This document shows positions 37,722 to 48,484 of a stretch of DNA of 64,000 nucleotides, piece by piece. Source of the DNA: Terriglobia bacterium. GTDB taxonomy: Bacteria > Acidobacteriota > Terriglobia > 20CM-2-55-15. Each line of letters opens with the position of its first letter. The stretch's first letter is position 1. The notes below the pieces were generated by a model, which was not told where the DNA came from, ran no database searches, and was given only the letters and a program-made list of their open reading frames with translations. A program made the translations under genes and the position numbers. The stretch spans positions 64,001-128,000 of the forward strand of contig CBDAOY010000006.1 of assembly GCA_965198225.1 (NCBI GenBank), read 5' to 3'.

Positions 37722-38749
37722 TCGGTAGGTTCCCCAAGCAGTTGTTCAACTTCCTGCCGCAGCCTTGCCAACTCTTTCGCCATTTTCGGAAGCCTGGATA
37801 TGTACGCCTGCTGGACTTTGATGTCTTTCAGGGGTCTTGCCGGCGTTCCCCAGAACACCTCGCCGGCGCGAATGCGCTTTCCGCTCGGGATGCCACATTG
37901 CGCACCGACGACAGCCCCGTCGTCGATCCGGACATGATCCGCTACGCCAACCTGTCCGGCCAGCACGGCATCGGCGCCGACCGTGCAACTGCCCGATATC
38001 CCCGTCTGAGCCGCGATGACAGTGGCACCCCCCACGCTCACGTTGTGCGCGACATGGCACAGGTTGTCCAGCTTGGTGCCTTTCCCGATGACGGTCGACC
38101 CAAGCGAGCCACGGTCGATGCAGGTGCCCGCACCGATTTCGACGTCGTCTTCGACGACGAGCCGGCCCATCTGGGGAAACTTTACATATCCGTCACCGTC
38201 TCGAACGTACCCGAAACCGTCGGAACCGATCACCGCTCCGGCGTGGACAACGACTCGGTCACCCAGGCGGGATCCGGCATAGAGCACCACGTTGGCATGG
38301 AGCCGGCAACCCACACCGATCCGGCACCCCTCTGCAATATAACACCCAGCCTGGACGGCGGTGGACTCTCCGACTTCGACACCCTCTTCGATCACGCACC
38401 ACGGCCCGATGCTGACATCATCACCGAGCACCACGTTCTGGCCAACGACCGCCGTGGGGTGGACACCCGGTTCCGGACGCCGCTCGGGGAACAGCCAGTA
38501 CGCGGCACGTGCGAATGCAGCCTTCGGATTCGCCACGGCAATCGTCGTCCGGGACCCGAAATCTCCTTCGGGAACCAGGACGCAGGCCGCACTGCTTGCG
38601 GATACGCGATCCAGGTAGCGCGACTCTGCGTAGCTCAGGTCCCCGGGGCCTGCGTCCTCCAGGCTCGCAACACCTTCGATGACGGCGGCAGAATCTCCCG
38701 ACACCTCAACGCCGAGAAAATCTGCAACTTCTCCAGCAGTTCGCTTCAT
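37718..38749 (-). CDS. lpxD: UDP-3-O-acylglucosamine N-acyltransferase
   Basis: Hexapeptide repeats, [38 protein letters not shown]. Confidence 0.93.
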   Translation of the reverse strand: MKRTAGEVADFLGVEVSGDSAAVIEGVASLEDAGPGDLSYAESRYLDRVSASSAACVLVPEGDFGSRTTIAVANPKAAFARAAYWLFPERRPEPGVHPTAVVGQNVVLGDDVSIGPWCVIEEGVEVGESTAVQAGCYIAEGCRIGVGCRLHANVVLYAGSRLGDRVVVHAGAVIGSDGFGYVRDGDGYVKFPQMGRLVVEDDVEIGAGTCIDRGSLGSTVIGKGTKLDNLCHVAHNVSVGGATVIAAQTGISGSCTVGADAVLAGQVGVADHVRIDDGAVVGAQCGIPSGKRIRAGEVFWGTPARPLKDIKVQQAYISRLPKMAKELARLRQEVEQLLGEPTE

Positions 38750-40041
38750 GGTCTTCTCCGAATATATTCGATTACCTGGGTGGCGGAGCGACGGCCCCGC
38801 TCCATTGAACCAGGCACCGACACACCATCAAAGTAACTTCCCGTCAGAAAGAGGCCCGGCACCTGCGCCGCCAGCGACGAGACACCATCCGCCCACCGTC
38901 GATGCCCGAGCCGATACTGCGGAATAGCTCGCTGCCAGCGGAACATCGCTACCTCTTCGAGATCCACTGAGAGGGATAATACGTGCCGAAGCTCCGAGTT
39001 GACAGTATCGCGGATTCGGTCGTCGGACCAGCCGGATACCTCGGGCTCGAGGGCGCCACCGATGAAACTCGTAAGCAGGGCGCGCCCTGGGGGCGCGCGT
39101 CCCGGAAAGAGGCTGGAGCTGAACAGCGTCCCCAGGATGTGAAGCTTCTCGCTCCGCGGAATGAGAAAGCCAAACCCGTCGAGGGGACGGGAAAGGTGTC
39201 GCTCATCGAGCGACATCGCAGCCACCACCATCGGCGCGTATGTTGCGCCGGCGAGCAGATCGGCCAGCGGGGCCGATACCGGACGGATCAGGCTGGCTGC
39301 GACGTAGGCCGGGACGGCCAGAACAAGGGCTTTCGGGCGGTTCGCCTCACCGCCCCAGGCGACCCTCAGATCCTCGTCCAGGCGCATGTCCCTGACGCCG
39401 CAGCGAACATCAAGGTTCTCCGACAGGCGGAGCGGGAGCGTCTCCATGCCGTTGTTGAATGACGAGAGCTTCGACCTTGGTCCCGAACGCGGCGTGCGAA
39501 TCATGCCGACGACCACACTGCGGTACCGCTTTTCGAGCTCGGCCATGCGTGGGAAGGTCGCCTCCAGGCTCAGTTGCTGCGTGTCCCCGGCATAGATTCC
39601 CGTCACAAACGGCGCAGCGAGACGGTCGTGCACCTGTTTGCCGAACCGACGCGTGAAGAACGAGGCAAGCGTTTCCTCCTCCTCCCTGCCGCGGGGTACG
39701 AACGGCTCCATGGCGGCGCGGAACATCCCCCCAAGGGAAAGGACCGACAACGGAACCTTCCGCAGGCGACCCTTGACATAAACGTACCGGGGAGAGCGAG
39801 GTGGCGCCGTCACTACTTCCCCGTCGAGACCGGCCTCGTGGATGATCGCCGTCGCCTCGGGGGTCGGCAGGATCGAATTCGGCCCGGACTCCACGAGATA
39901 CCCGTCCCTCCGATGGCTGCGTATCACACCTCCGACGCGGGGAGCAGCCTCCAGAACGAGCACATCGACTCCGGCACGCCGGAGATCCGAGGCGCAGACC
40001 AGGCCGGATATTCCAGCTCCGACAACGATGACGTCAGGCAT
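38746..40041 (-). CDS. hemG: Protoporphyrinogen/coproporphyrinogen oxidase (HemY type)
   Basis: VVGAGISGL, ESGPNS, GIYAGD, GFGFLIP, FPGRAP, AIPQY. Confidence 0.92.
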   Translation of the reverse strand: MPDVIVVGAGISGLVCASDLRRAGVDVLVLEAAPRVGGVIRSHRRDGYLVESGPNSILPTPEATAIIHEAGLDGEVVTAPPRSPRYVYVKGRLRKVPLSVLSLGGMFRAAMEPFVPRGREEEETLASFFTRRFGKQVHDRLAAPFVTGIYAGDTQQLSLEATFPRMAELEKRYRSVVVGMIRTPRSGPRSKLSSFNNGMETLPLRLSENLDVRCGVRDMRLDEDLRVAWGGEANRPKALVLAVPAYVAASLIRPVSAPLADLLAGATYAPMVVAAMSLDERHLSRPLDGFGFLIPRSEKLHILGTLFSSSLFPGRAPPGRALLTSFIGGALEPEVSGWSDDRIRDTVNSELRHVLSLSVDLEEVAMFRWQRAIPQYRLGHRRWADGVSSLAAQVPGLFLTGSYFDGVSVPGSMERGRRSATQVIEYIRRRP

Positions 40042-40056
40042 GGTGAAGAAGCAGAT

Positions 40057-40175
40057 CGTAAGCCGTAGGCCGTAGGCCGTTGTCGCGGAGACGGAACCGA
40101 CTCCCCTCCTTGACTAAGGAGGGGTGGATGCACCGAAGGTGCAGACGGGGTGGTTGACCACTCATCACTCGTCAC
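40057..40175. repeat. Mixed repeat spacer: (CGTAGGC)n, CCCCTCCTT/AAGGAGGGG hairpin element, TCACTCG 7-mers
   Basis: 7-mers 40057-40084; stem 40103-40111 / 40116-40124 followed by TGCACC-GAA-GGTGCA and GGGGTGGTT. Confidence 0.7.
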
Positions 40176-41139
40176 CTCCCGTTGCTTCCTCCACGATCTC
40201 GCGCAGCGCTCTTATGAAAGTGGGATCGCAGTTGAGGGCGGGCACGCGGCGGAACTCGCTGATGCCGGCATCAGCGGCAACTTTCTTGTAAAGGATGTCC
40301 AGCTCGTAGAGCGTCTCGATGTGTTCGGACACGAAACTGATGGGGACGACGAGAACCTCCTGTACCTCCTGGATTCCCAGCTCGACGAGGGCGTCGTTAG
40401 TCGAAGGTTCCAGCCACTTGACCGGGCCGATCTTGCTCTGGAACGAAAGACGGTACGGATTCTTTCTCCCGAGCCTGTCGGCGATCAACTCGACTGTCTC
40501 CCGAGTCTGATCCAGGTAGGGATCTCCTTCCCGGACGTAGCGCTCCGGAATGCTGTGGGCACTGAACAGGATCTGGACGTTGTTGGGATCCTTGAACTTC
40601 GCGAGTTCCTTGCGGATCAGGTCCGTGAAGGCTTCCAGGTACGTCGGTTGATCGTGCCAGGAGGATATCCATTGCACCTCCAGTCCGCCCAGTCCGCCCC
40701 GGTGCGCAATCAACTTCTTCAACGTTGAAAACCCCGATCCGGTTGTCGTGACCGAAAACTGCGGAAACAGGGGGAGAACGACGAGACGGTCGACGTCGGA
40801 GTGCTCGACCCGGTCGAGTGTCTCGTCAAAGAACGGGTGCCAGGCACACATGCCGACGAACGTTTCGACCTGCTTTCCCGCCCACCGCATCTCGGCGGCC
40901 AACGCGTCGGCCTGCTCCCCGGTGATGCGCTTCAGTGGCGAACCGCCTCCGATTTGTCGGTAGTATCCCTGCGACCGCCGGCGCCGTAGGGTCGCGATCG
41001 TGTAGGCGACAGCTCTTCTTAACGCGGCCGAACGAATCCGGATGATCTCCGGGTCGGAAAACAGGCTGTAGAGGAAGGGTTTGACCTCGTCGAGGGTCTC
41101 GGGGCCGCCGAGGTTGAATAGTAAAATACCCGTTTTCAT
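40165..41139 (-). CDS. hemH: Ferrochelatase
   Basis: NLGGPE, IGGGSPL, LFSAHSIP, GDPY, FQSKIGPVKWLEP, FVSEHIETLYELD. Confidence 0.96.
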   Translation of the reverse strand: MKTGILLFNLGGPETLDEVKPFLYSLFSDPEIIRIRSAALRRAVAYTIATLRRRRSQGYYRQIGGGSPLKRITGEQADALAAEMRWAGKQVETFVGMCAWHPFFDETLDRVEHSDVDRLVVLPLFPQFSVTTTGSGFSTLKKLIAHRGGLGGLEVQWISSWHDQPTYLEAFTDLIRKELAKFKDPNNVQILFSAHSIPERYVREGDPYLDQTRETVELIADRLGRKNPYRLSFQSKIGPVKWLEPSTNDALVELGIQEVQEVLVVPISFVSEHIETLYELDILYKKVAADAGISEFRRVPALNCDPTFIRALREIVEEATGGDE

Positions 41140-41153
41140 GTTGAAGAAGTTGT

Positions 41154-41240
41154 CCGTAGGCCGTTGTCAGTAGGCCGTTGTCGGAGCGAAAATACGGCCC
41201 GTGATTCCAACTGGCAACTGACTACTGGCAACTGACTACT
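41154..41240. repeat. Inverted pair of 7-nt arrays in the hemE-hemH spacer
   Basis: ccgtagg ccgttgt cagtagg ccgttgt ... caactgg caactga ctactgg caactga ctact. Confidence 0.8.
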
Positions 41241-42255
41241 CCCTCTGGTAATTCTTCGCAAACTCGATGAAGGCTCGGGCATTTTCCACCGGGGTCGGCG
41301 GCAGAATGCCGTGCCCCAGATTCAGGATGTGTCCGCGAGGGCCGGCCTGTTCGAGTATCTCGCGGGTTCGGGCCAGCATGTGCTCTGTGTCGCCGAGGAG
41401 CAGGCATGGGTCCAGGTTGCCCTGAAGCGCGACATCGTCTCCGACTCGACGTCGGATCTCACCGATCGGAGTCCGCCAGTCGACGCTGAGAACATCGGCC
41501 CCGGACGTGGCCATCGCCTCTGCCAGGCTGGATGTTCCGTTCAGGTAGAGGATCCGGGGGACGCTGTCTCCGATCGCGTCGAAGATCCGGCGCGTGTAGG
41601 GCAACGCCAGTTCTTCGTAGTCCGGCCGGCTCAACTCTCCCGCCCAGGAATCAAAGAGCTGTACTACCTGGGCGCCGGCCTCGATCTGGAAGCGGAGGTA
41701 CGCAGTGATCGTCTCGGCCAGTTTCTCCATTAGCCGGTGGAACAAGCCGGGCTCACGGAAGGCCATCCCCTTGATCTCCATATAGTTCTTCGAACCCCGA
41801 CCCTCCACCATGTACGCCGCCAGTGTCCACGGGGCCCCGGCGAACCCGATAAGCGGCACCGCATCTTCCAGTTCCCTGCGGAGCGTCCCGAGAATGGTTC
41901 CCACGAACGCCAACTCGCTCGACGGGTCAGGTATCGCGAGTCGATCGACGTCCGCCTGCGATCGCACGGGATTGCCGATCTCCGGTCCCTTGTCGGTCAG
42001 TTCCACCTGGATGCCCATCGCTTCGACGGGTATCAGGATGTCGGAGAAGACGATCACCGCGTCGACTCCGAGGATCCGGTAAGGCTGGAGCGAAACCTCG
42101 ACAGCCAGCTCCGTCGTCTTACACAGGGTGAGGAAAGGAACATCTTTCCGGATGTCCCGGTACTCCTTCAGGTATCGACCGGCCTGTCGCATCATCCAAA
42201 CCGGAGTGCGCGGCACACTCTCGCGACGGCAAGCTCTCAGTATTAGATCGTTCAT
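41236..42255 (-). CDS. hemE: Uroporphyrinogen decarboxylase
   Basis: PVWMMRQAGRYL, FSDIL, IGFAGAPWTL, QLFDSWAG, LQGNLDP, NLGHGI; start at ATG 42255. Confidence 0.97.
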   Translation of the reverse strand: MNDLILRACRRESVPRTPVWMMRQAGRYLKEYRDIRKDVPFLTLCKTTELAVEVSLQPYRILGVDAVIVFSDILIPVEAMGIQVELTDKGPEIGNPVRSQADVDRLAIPDPSSELAFVGTILGTLRRELEDAVPLIGFAGAPWTLAAYMVEGRGSKNYMEIKGMAFREPGLFHRLMEKLAETITAYLRFQIEAGAQVVQLFDSWAGELSRPDYEELALPYTRRIFDAIGDSVPRILYLNGTSSLAEAMATSGADVLSVDWRTPIGEIRRRVGDDVALQGNLDPCLLLGDTEHMLARTREILEQAGPRGHILNLGHGILPPTPVENARAFIEFAKNYQRE

Positions 42256-42408
42256 AGAATCCGATGGGAATTGGAGGACCGGAAAGCCGATGCGAACGTC
42301 TGCAACACCAAACAGTTCAACCCTTTGGACGCCCAAGTCAGACCAAACCCGTATGATACAATACCGAGTTTATGGAAACATCTGAAACCGGAATAAGGGG
42401 GTTCGGTC

Positions 42409-43146
42409 GTGACGGTTCAAGATGCCGCATCCCCGTTGGTTTCGATCGTTGTTCCCGCCTTTAACGAAGCCGAACGCATCGGTTCTTCCCTCGAAAGAAT
42501 CTGCAATTTCGTCGATAGACGCGGCCTCGCAGCCGAGGTTATCGTCGTCGACGATGGGTCGGCGGATCACACGTCCGAAATCGCGGCGTCATTCACCCGC
42601 ACCGGACTCCGCGTCGTTTCCAACGAGTCCAACCGTGGGAAAGGCTACAGCGTCCGCAGAGGTTTCCTGGAATCGAAAGGCACGTGGGTCCTCTTCACCG
42701 ACGCGGATCTATCGGCTCCCATCGACGAACTCGAGCGGATGCTGCGGGTGGCGGAAGACGGGAGCGACGTCGTTATCGGGTCGCGCGCCGTCGACCGAAC
42801 CAAAATCGTCGTTCATCAGCCGTGGCCCCGGGAGTTGGGAGGCATCCTCTACAACTGGATCGTGCAGATCATCCTCGGGCTCACAATCCGGGATACCCAG
42901 TGCGGATTCAAGCTATTCAACCGGGAAAGGTTCACCCCGATCTTCGAGAAGCAAACGATCCACCGGTTCGGCTTCGATCCCGAACTGCTGTTTCTGGCTC
43001 GAAAGCAAGGGCTCCATATGCGGGAAATACCCGTGGCGTGGAGTCACGACGAAGGATCGAAGGTCCGGTTCCTCAGCGACGGTCTTCAGATGTTTCTCGA
43101 TCTGTTCCTGATTCGATGGAACTGGGTGAGGGGAAAGTATCAGTAA
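42409..43146 (+). CDS. Glycosyltransferase family 2 (polyprenyl-phosphate glycosyltransferase-like)
   Basis: VVPAFNE, VDDGS, NRGKG, FTDADLS, DTQCGFKLF, FGFDPELL. Confidence 0.92.
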   Translation: MTVQDAASPLVSIVVPAFNEAERIGSSLERICNFVDRRGLAAEVIVVDDGSADHTSEIAASFTRTGLRVVSNESNRGKGYSVRRGFLESKGTWVLFTDADLSAPIDELERMLRVAEDGSDVVIGSRAVDRTKIVVHQPWPRELGGILYNWIVQIILGLTIRDTQCGFKLFNRERFTPIFEKQTIHRFGFDPELLFLARKQGLHMREIPVAWSHDEGSKVRFLSDGLQMFLDLFLIRWNWVRGKYQ

Positions 43147-43155
43147 ATAATAGCT

Positions 43156-43221
43156 GTAGGTGCGGTCTATGACCGCACAATGTCCCAGCTTGAGGCCTGT
43201 GCGGTCATAGACCGCACCTAC
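43156..43221. repeat. GTAG-REP doublet (G/G) overlapping the pdxJ stop
   Basis: Copies at 43156 and 43199 with a 20-bp spacer. Confidence 0.9.
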
Positions 43222-43961
43222 ACCTGTCTCTCACTTTCTTCAATAATCTTCAAATACCGTTCCAGCGTACGCTCGAAGCCGAAGTCGAAAGATTCGACGA
43301 CGATGGCGTGGCCGATCGATACTTCCAGAATCCCGGGGATCTCGAGGAAGCGGGCCAGGTTCTCCAGGTTCAGATCGTGGCCGGCGTTGACGCCCAGGCC
43401 GATGTCACGGGCGTGGGCAGCCGCGCGCTCGAAACGGCTCCAGGTGCTATCGAACTCTTCACCGCCGTATGCCCTGGCGTATGGTTCCGTGTAGAGCTCG
43501 ATCCGATCCGCTCCAATCGACTTTGCGATGTCTATCTGCACCGGCACGGGGTCCATGAAAAGGCTCACACGGATCCCGGAATCCTGTAACCGGCCAACCA
43601 GGGGCGCGACTCTTTCAGCATCCTGTTCCAGATTCCATCCGTGGTCGGAAGTCAGCTGGTCGGGGGCGTCCGGAACGAGCGTGCATTGATCGGGCCGCGT
43701 TTCCTCGACGATCTCGATAAACTCTGGACCGGGATTGCCTTCCACGTTGAACTCGACCCCGTCGTGCTCACCCGTCAACCGGGACAGGTCGCGAACATCG
43801 GAATAGCGCGTATGGCGCTGGTCGGGTCGTGGATGGACGGTGATGCCGTGAACACCCTTGGCAATTGCACGGCGCGCCATCGTGGGCACGTGCGGATAAT
43901 CGGTGTCGCGAGAGTTCCGCAGTAGGGCGAACTTGTTGAGGTTGACGCTGAGCTTCGTCAT
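43218..43961 (-). CDS. pdxJ: Pyridoxine 5'-phosphate synthase
   Basis: LSVNLNKFALLRNSR, GITVHPRPDQRH, CTLVPD, TSDHGW, VNAGHDL, EVSIGH. Confidence 0.97.
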   Translation of the reverse strand: MTKLSVNLNKFALLRNSRDTDYPHVPTMARRAIAKGVHGITVHPRPDQRHTRYSDVRDLSRLTGEHDGVEFNVEGNPGPEFIEIVEETRPDQCTLVPDAPDQLTSDHGWNLEQDAERVAPLVGRLQDSGIRVSLFMDPVPVQIDIAKSIGADRIELYTEPYARAYGGEEFDSTWSRFERAAAHARDIGLGVNAGHDLNLENLARFLEIPGILEVSIGHAIVVESFDFGFERTLERYLKIIEESERQV

Positions 43962-45196
43962 CGGACCCTCAGCTTCATGAAACGGCGTTTTCCGACTTTG
44001 AACAGGTAGTCTCCCCGCGAGGAGAAGTGGAACTCCGAGCGTACGTCCGTCACCTTTTCGCCGTTCATGCTGACCGAGCCGGTCCGTATTAACCTAGTAG
44101 CCTCCGAAACGGACGGCGCCATCCCGAGGGAGGCGAGCAGTTTCGGCATCCGCGTAATCTCCTCGGAGACCGGAACCTCACGAACCTCGACATCTTCGGG
44201 CGTCTCTCGCTGTCGGAAGACGCGCCGGAATTCATCGCCCGCGGACTTCGCGGCCGCCGCACCGTGAAAGTCGGTGATGATCTTCTCTGCCAGTGAGGTC
44301 TTCAGGTCCATCGGATGTCGGGTCCCCCCGGCGACCTCGCTCTTCCATGTCTCGATTTCCGTCATCGGGGCATCGGTAACCAGCTCGAAATACCGGTACA
44401 TCAGGTCGTCGGAAATCGACATGACCTTCCCAAATATCTCGTTCGGCGCCTCGTTGATGCCGATGTAGTTGTCGAGCGACTTGCTCATCTTCTGGACACC
44501 GTCGGTGCCTTCGAGCAGCGGCATCGTCAGCACGATCTGCGACGGCTGACCGTACTCGCGCTGGATATCGCGACCGACGAGCAGGTTGAACTTCTGATCG
44601 GTCCCGCCCAGCTCCACGTCGGCTTCCAGGGCGACGGAGTCGTAGCCCTGGACGAGGGGGTACAGCAACTCATGCATCGATATCGGCTGCTGCTGCTTCA
44701 GCCGTTTTTCGAAATCGTCACGTTCCAGGATTCGCCGAACCGTGTAGTGGGCACAAAGACGGACAAAGCCATCGGAGCCGAGTCCCGACATCCACCGACT
44801 GTTGAAATCGATCACGGTCGCGTCCGGATCGAGGATCTTGAAGATCTGATTCTTGTAGGTCTCGGCGTTCGCGTCGATCGCCTCTCGCGTCAGCTGCTTT
44901 CGGACGACGGACCGGCCCGTCGGGTCGCCGATCATTCCCGTGAAGTCACCGATGAGAAAGATCACGGTATGGCCAAGATCCTGGAAGTGCTTCATCTTGC
45001 GGATGACGACGGTGTGGCCGATGTGAAGATCAGGTGCAGTCGGATCGAAGCCGGTTTTGACTCGCATCGGCGTGCCGTTCTCCCGGGCCTTCCGGAGACG
45101 GGCCTCGAGTTCTTCCGGGCGGATGATCTCCACCGCGCCCTTCCGTAGGTACTCGATCTGTTCAGCGATGGGAATGGTCCTGAAGTCGTCAGCCAT
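43958..45196 (-). CDS. tyrS: Tyrosine--tRNA ligase
   Basis: GFDPTAPDLHIGH, YPLVQGYD, GGTDQKFN, KMSKS, C-terminal S4 with VGKRRF; start at ATG 45196. Confidence 0.97.
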   Translation of the reverse strand: MADDFRTIPIAEQIEYLRKGAVEIIRPEELEARLRKARENGTPMRVKTGFDPTAPDLHIGHTVVIRKMKHFQDLGHTVIFLIGDFTGMIGDPTGRSVVRKQLTREAIDANAETYKNQIFKILDPDATVIDFNSRWMSGLGSDGFVRLCAHYTVRRILERDDFEKRLKQQQPISMHELLYPLVQGYDSVALEADVELGGTDQKFNLLVGRDIQREYGQPSQIVLTMPLLEGTDGVQKMSKSLDNYIGINEAPNEIFGKVMSISDDLMYRYFELVTDAPMTEIETWKSEVAGGTRHPMDLKTSLAEKIITDFHGAAAAKSAGDEFRRVFRQRETPEDVEVREVPVSEEITRMPKLLASLGMAPSVSEATRLIRTGSVSMNGEKVTDVRSEFHFSSRGDYLFKVGKRRFMKLRVR

Positions 45197-45805
45197 GGAT
45201 CCGTACTCGCCGGTCTTCGATCTCGCAGCGGCCCGACAGAACGAGGTCGATTGCCTCGGAATAAAGACGGTGTTCGGCGGCAAGAATTCGGTTCGAGAGA
45301 TCTTCCACGCTATCTCGATCGAGCACAGGAACCGAGGCCTGGCAGACAATCGGGCCACCGTCAAGGCACTCGTCTACGAAATGGACCGTACAGCCGCTGA
45401 ATTTTACCCCATGTTCCAGCGCCTGACGCTGGGCCCCCAGTCCCGGAAAAGCCGGCAGGAGCGAGGGGTGGATGTTGAGAACACCGTAAGGGAACGCGCC
45501 TATCAGGACCGTGCTCAGGATGCGCATGAAACCCGCCAGACACACCAGCCCCACATCGGCTTTCCGGAGCAGTTCGACAACCCGGGCGTCAAACTCCTCG
45601 CGAGGAACACCTTTCGAGGGGATGTAAGCGGTGGGGAGACCTCTCCCGCAGGCGCTCTCGAGGCCGGGAGCCGACTCCTTGTTGCTCAGAACCAGGACAA
45701 TCTCGGCGTCGAGCTCGTGTGAGGCGATGCGTTCCGCGATTGCGTTGAAATTGGATCCCTGTCCCGATAGAAGAATGCCGATCCTGCGGTTCGACGGCGC
45801 GACCC

Positions 45806-45809
<4 letters not shown>
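45189..45809 (-). CDS. purN: Phosphoribosylglycinamide formyltransferase
   Basis: LLSGQGSN, LAGFMRIL, NIHPSLLPAFPG, GCTVHFV, DGGPI. Confidence 0.97.
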
Positions 45810-46834
<1,025 letters not shown>

Positions 46835-46868
46835 GAAGAGCGGTGAAAACGCAGGGTCAGGCGAAGCT

Positions 46869-48320
46869 TCAAGCGTCGCCAGCCGAGTCCGGGGGCGTCA
46901 ACACGGGCCAGGGTTCTTCCTCCTGGGCCTTCTGCCACAAATCCAGTTGGCGGTCGTCGGCCTTTGCGTCGAAGACGGCATCGGTCAGCTCGAGGGGATA
47001 GTTCCCGCTGTAACACGCCGTGCAGTACTCCCCCTGGTTGCCCTCGACCGAACGCAGAAGTCCCGGCATCGAGAGGTAAGCCAGCGAGTCAGCCTCGACG
47101 TACTTCCGAATCTCCTCGACCGTATGACTCGCGGCGATCAACTCACTCCTGCTGGGTGTGTCGATGCCGTAAAAACAGGGGGAAATCGTCGGTGGGCAGG
47201 TGATTCGGATGTGTACCTCGCGGGCTCCAGCCGCGCGCACCATCTTTACGATTTTGCGGCTCGTCGTGCCGCGAACGATCGAATCGTCGATCAGGACCAC
47301 GCGTCGCCCGGCCAGCAGTTCGCGCACCGGATTCAGTTTGACCTTCACGCCGAAATGGCGGATCGATTGCTTGGGCTCGATGAAAGTCCGGCCGACATAG
47401 TGGTTTCGGATGAGGCCGAAGGAAAACGGAATGCCCGAATGCTGCGAATAGCCGATCGCCGCTGTCACGCCGGAGTCGGGGACCGGGACAACCAGGTCGG
47501 CATCGACGGGAGATTCCTCGGCGAGGATGCGCCCCATCTGGTCGCGACTAGCCTGGACGGTTCGGTTGAAAACAATGCTGTCAGGACGCGAAAAGTAAAC
47601 GTGCTCGAAGATGCACTTGGCTTCGCGCACTGAGGGCAAAGCCTGGATCGATTCGACCTCGCCGCCTCGAATCATCACGATCTCACCCGGGTAGAGCTCC
47701 CGGATATAGGTCGCGTTGATCAGGTCGAAGGCACAGGATTCCGAGGCCAGAACGTAGGAGCCGTTCACTTTACCGAGGCACAAGGGCCGGAAGCCGTAGG
47801 AGTCCCGCGCACCGATCAGCGTTCGTTCGTTCAGGAGGAGCAGAGAAAACGCGCCCTGCGTCCGACCCAGCGCGGCCGCCAGCGCACCGGGTAGATCGTC
47901 GGCTTCGGCCCGGGCGAGCAAGTGGAGGATGACCTCGCTGTCGCTGGTGGACTGGAAGACGGCGCCCTGCGACTCGAGCTCTTCCCGGAGAGACATCGCG
48001 TTGATCAGGTTTCCGTTGTGGCAGAGGGAAAACTCTCCGTACGAACCCTTGACGACGATCGGTTGGGCGTTGTCGGCAGAGCTGTCACCGGCCGTGGAAT
48101 AGCGGGTATGGCCGATCGCATTGATCCCGGCCAGCTGTTGCAATTTGCTTTCGGTGTAGACGTCCGCGACGTGTCCCATCGCCTTGTAGGTCTGCACCTG
48201 CTCCCCGTCGGAGGCCGAGATTCCGGTGCTCTCCTGCCCGCGGTGCTGGAGGGCGTACAGGCCGAGATAGGTCATCCGCGCTGCCTCGGAGTGGTTTGCG
48301 ATACCAAAGATTCCACACAT
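46869..48320 (-). CDS. purF: Amidophosphoribosyltransferase
   Basis: MCGIFG N-terminal Cys, LQHRGQE, GHTRYST, VPVPDSG, IDDSIVRGTT; the longer ORF start lies in a REP. Confidence 0.97.
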   Translation of the reverse strand: MCGIFGIANHSEAARMTYLGLYALQHRGQESTGISASDGEQVQTYKAMGHVADVYTESKLQQLAGINAIGHTRYSTAGDSSADNAQPIVVKGSYGEFSLCHNGNLINAMSLREELESQGAVFQSTSDSEVILHLLARAEADDLPGALAAALGRTQGAFSLLLLNERTLIGARDSYGFRPLCLGKVNGSYVLASESCAFDLINATYIRELYPGEIVMIRGGEVESIQALPSVREAKCIFEHVYFSRPDSIVFNRTVQASRDQMGRILAEESPVDADLVVPVPDSGVTAAIGYSQHSGIPFSFGLIRNHYVGRTFIEPKQSIRHFGVKVKLNPVRELLAGRRVVLIDDSIVRGTTSRKIVKMVRAAGAREVHIRITCPPTISPCFYGIDTPSRSELIAASHTVEEIRKYVEADSLAYLSMPGLLRSVEGNQGEYCTACYSGNYPLELTDAVFDAKADDRQLDLWQKAQEEEPWPVLTPPDSAGDA

Positions 48321-48362
48321 GGTTTTTGAGCTATCTCTCCGGATGCCGCAGGTGGTCTGGAA

Positions 48363-48462
48363 AGTGACAAGTGACGAGGTGTAGGTGCGGTCTATGACCG
48401 CACATTCTTCGAAACGAAACAACGTGCGCTCATAGAGCGCACCTACAGACCATCACTCGTCA
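48363..48462. repeat. GTAG-REP doublet nested between inverted GTGACRA 7-mer arms
   Basis: AGTGACAAGTGACGAG, REPs at 48381 and 48424, then CATCACTCGTCAC. Confidence 0.88.
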
Positions 48463-48484
48463 CATCCCTAGTCTAACCGAACGG

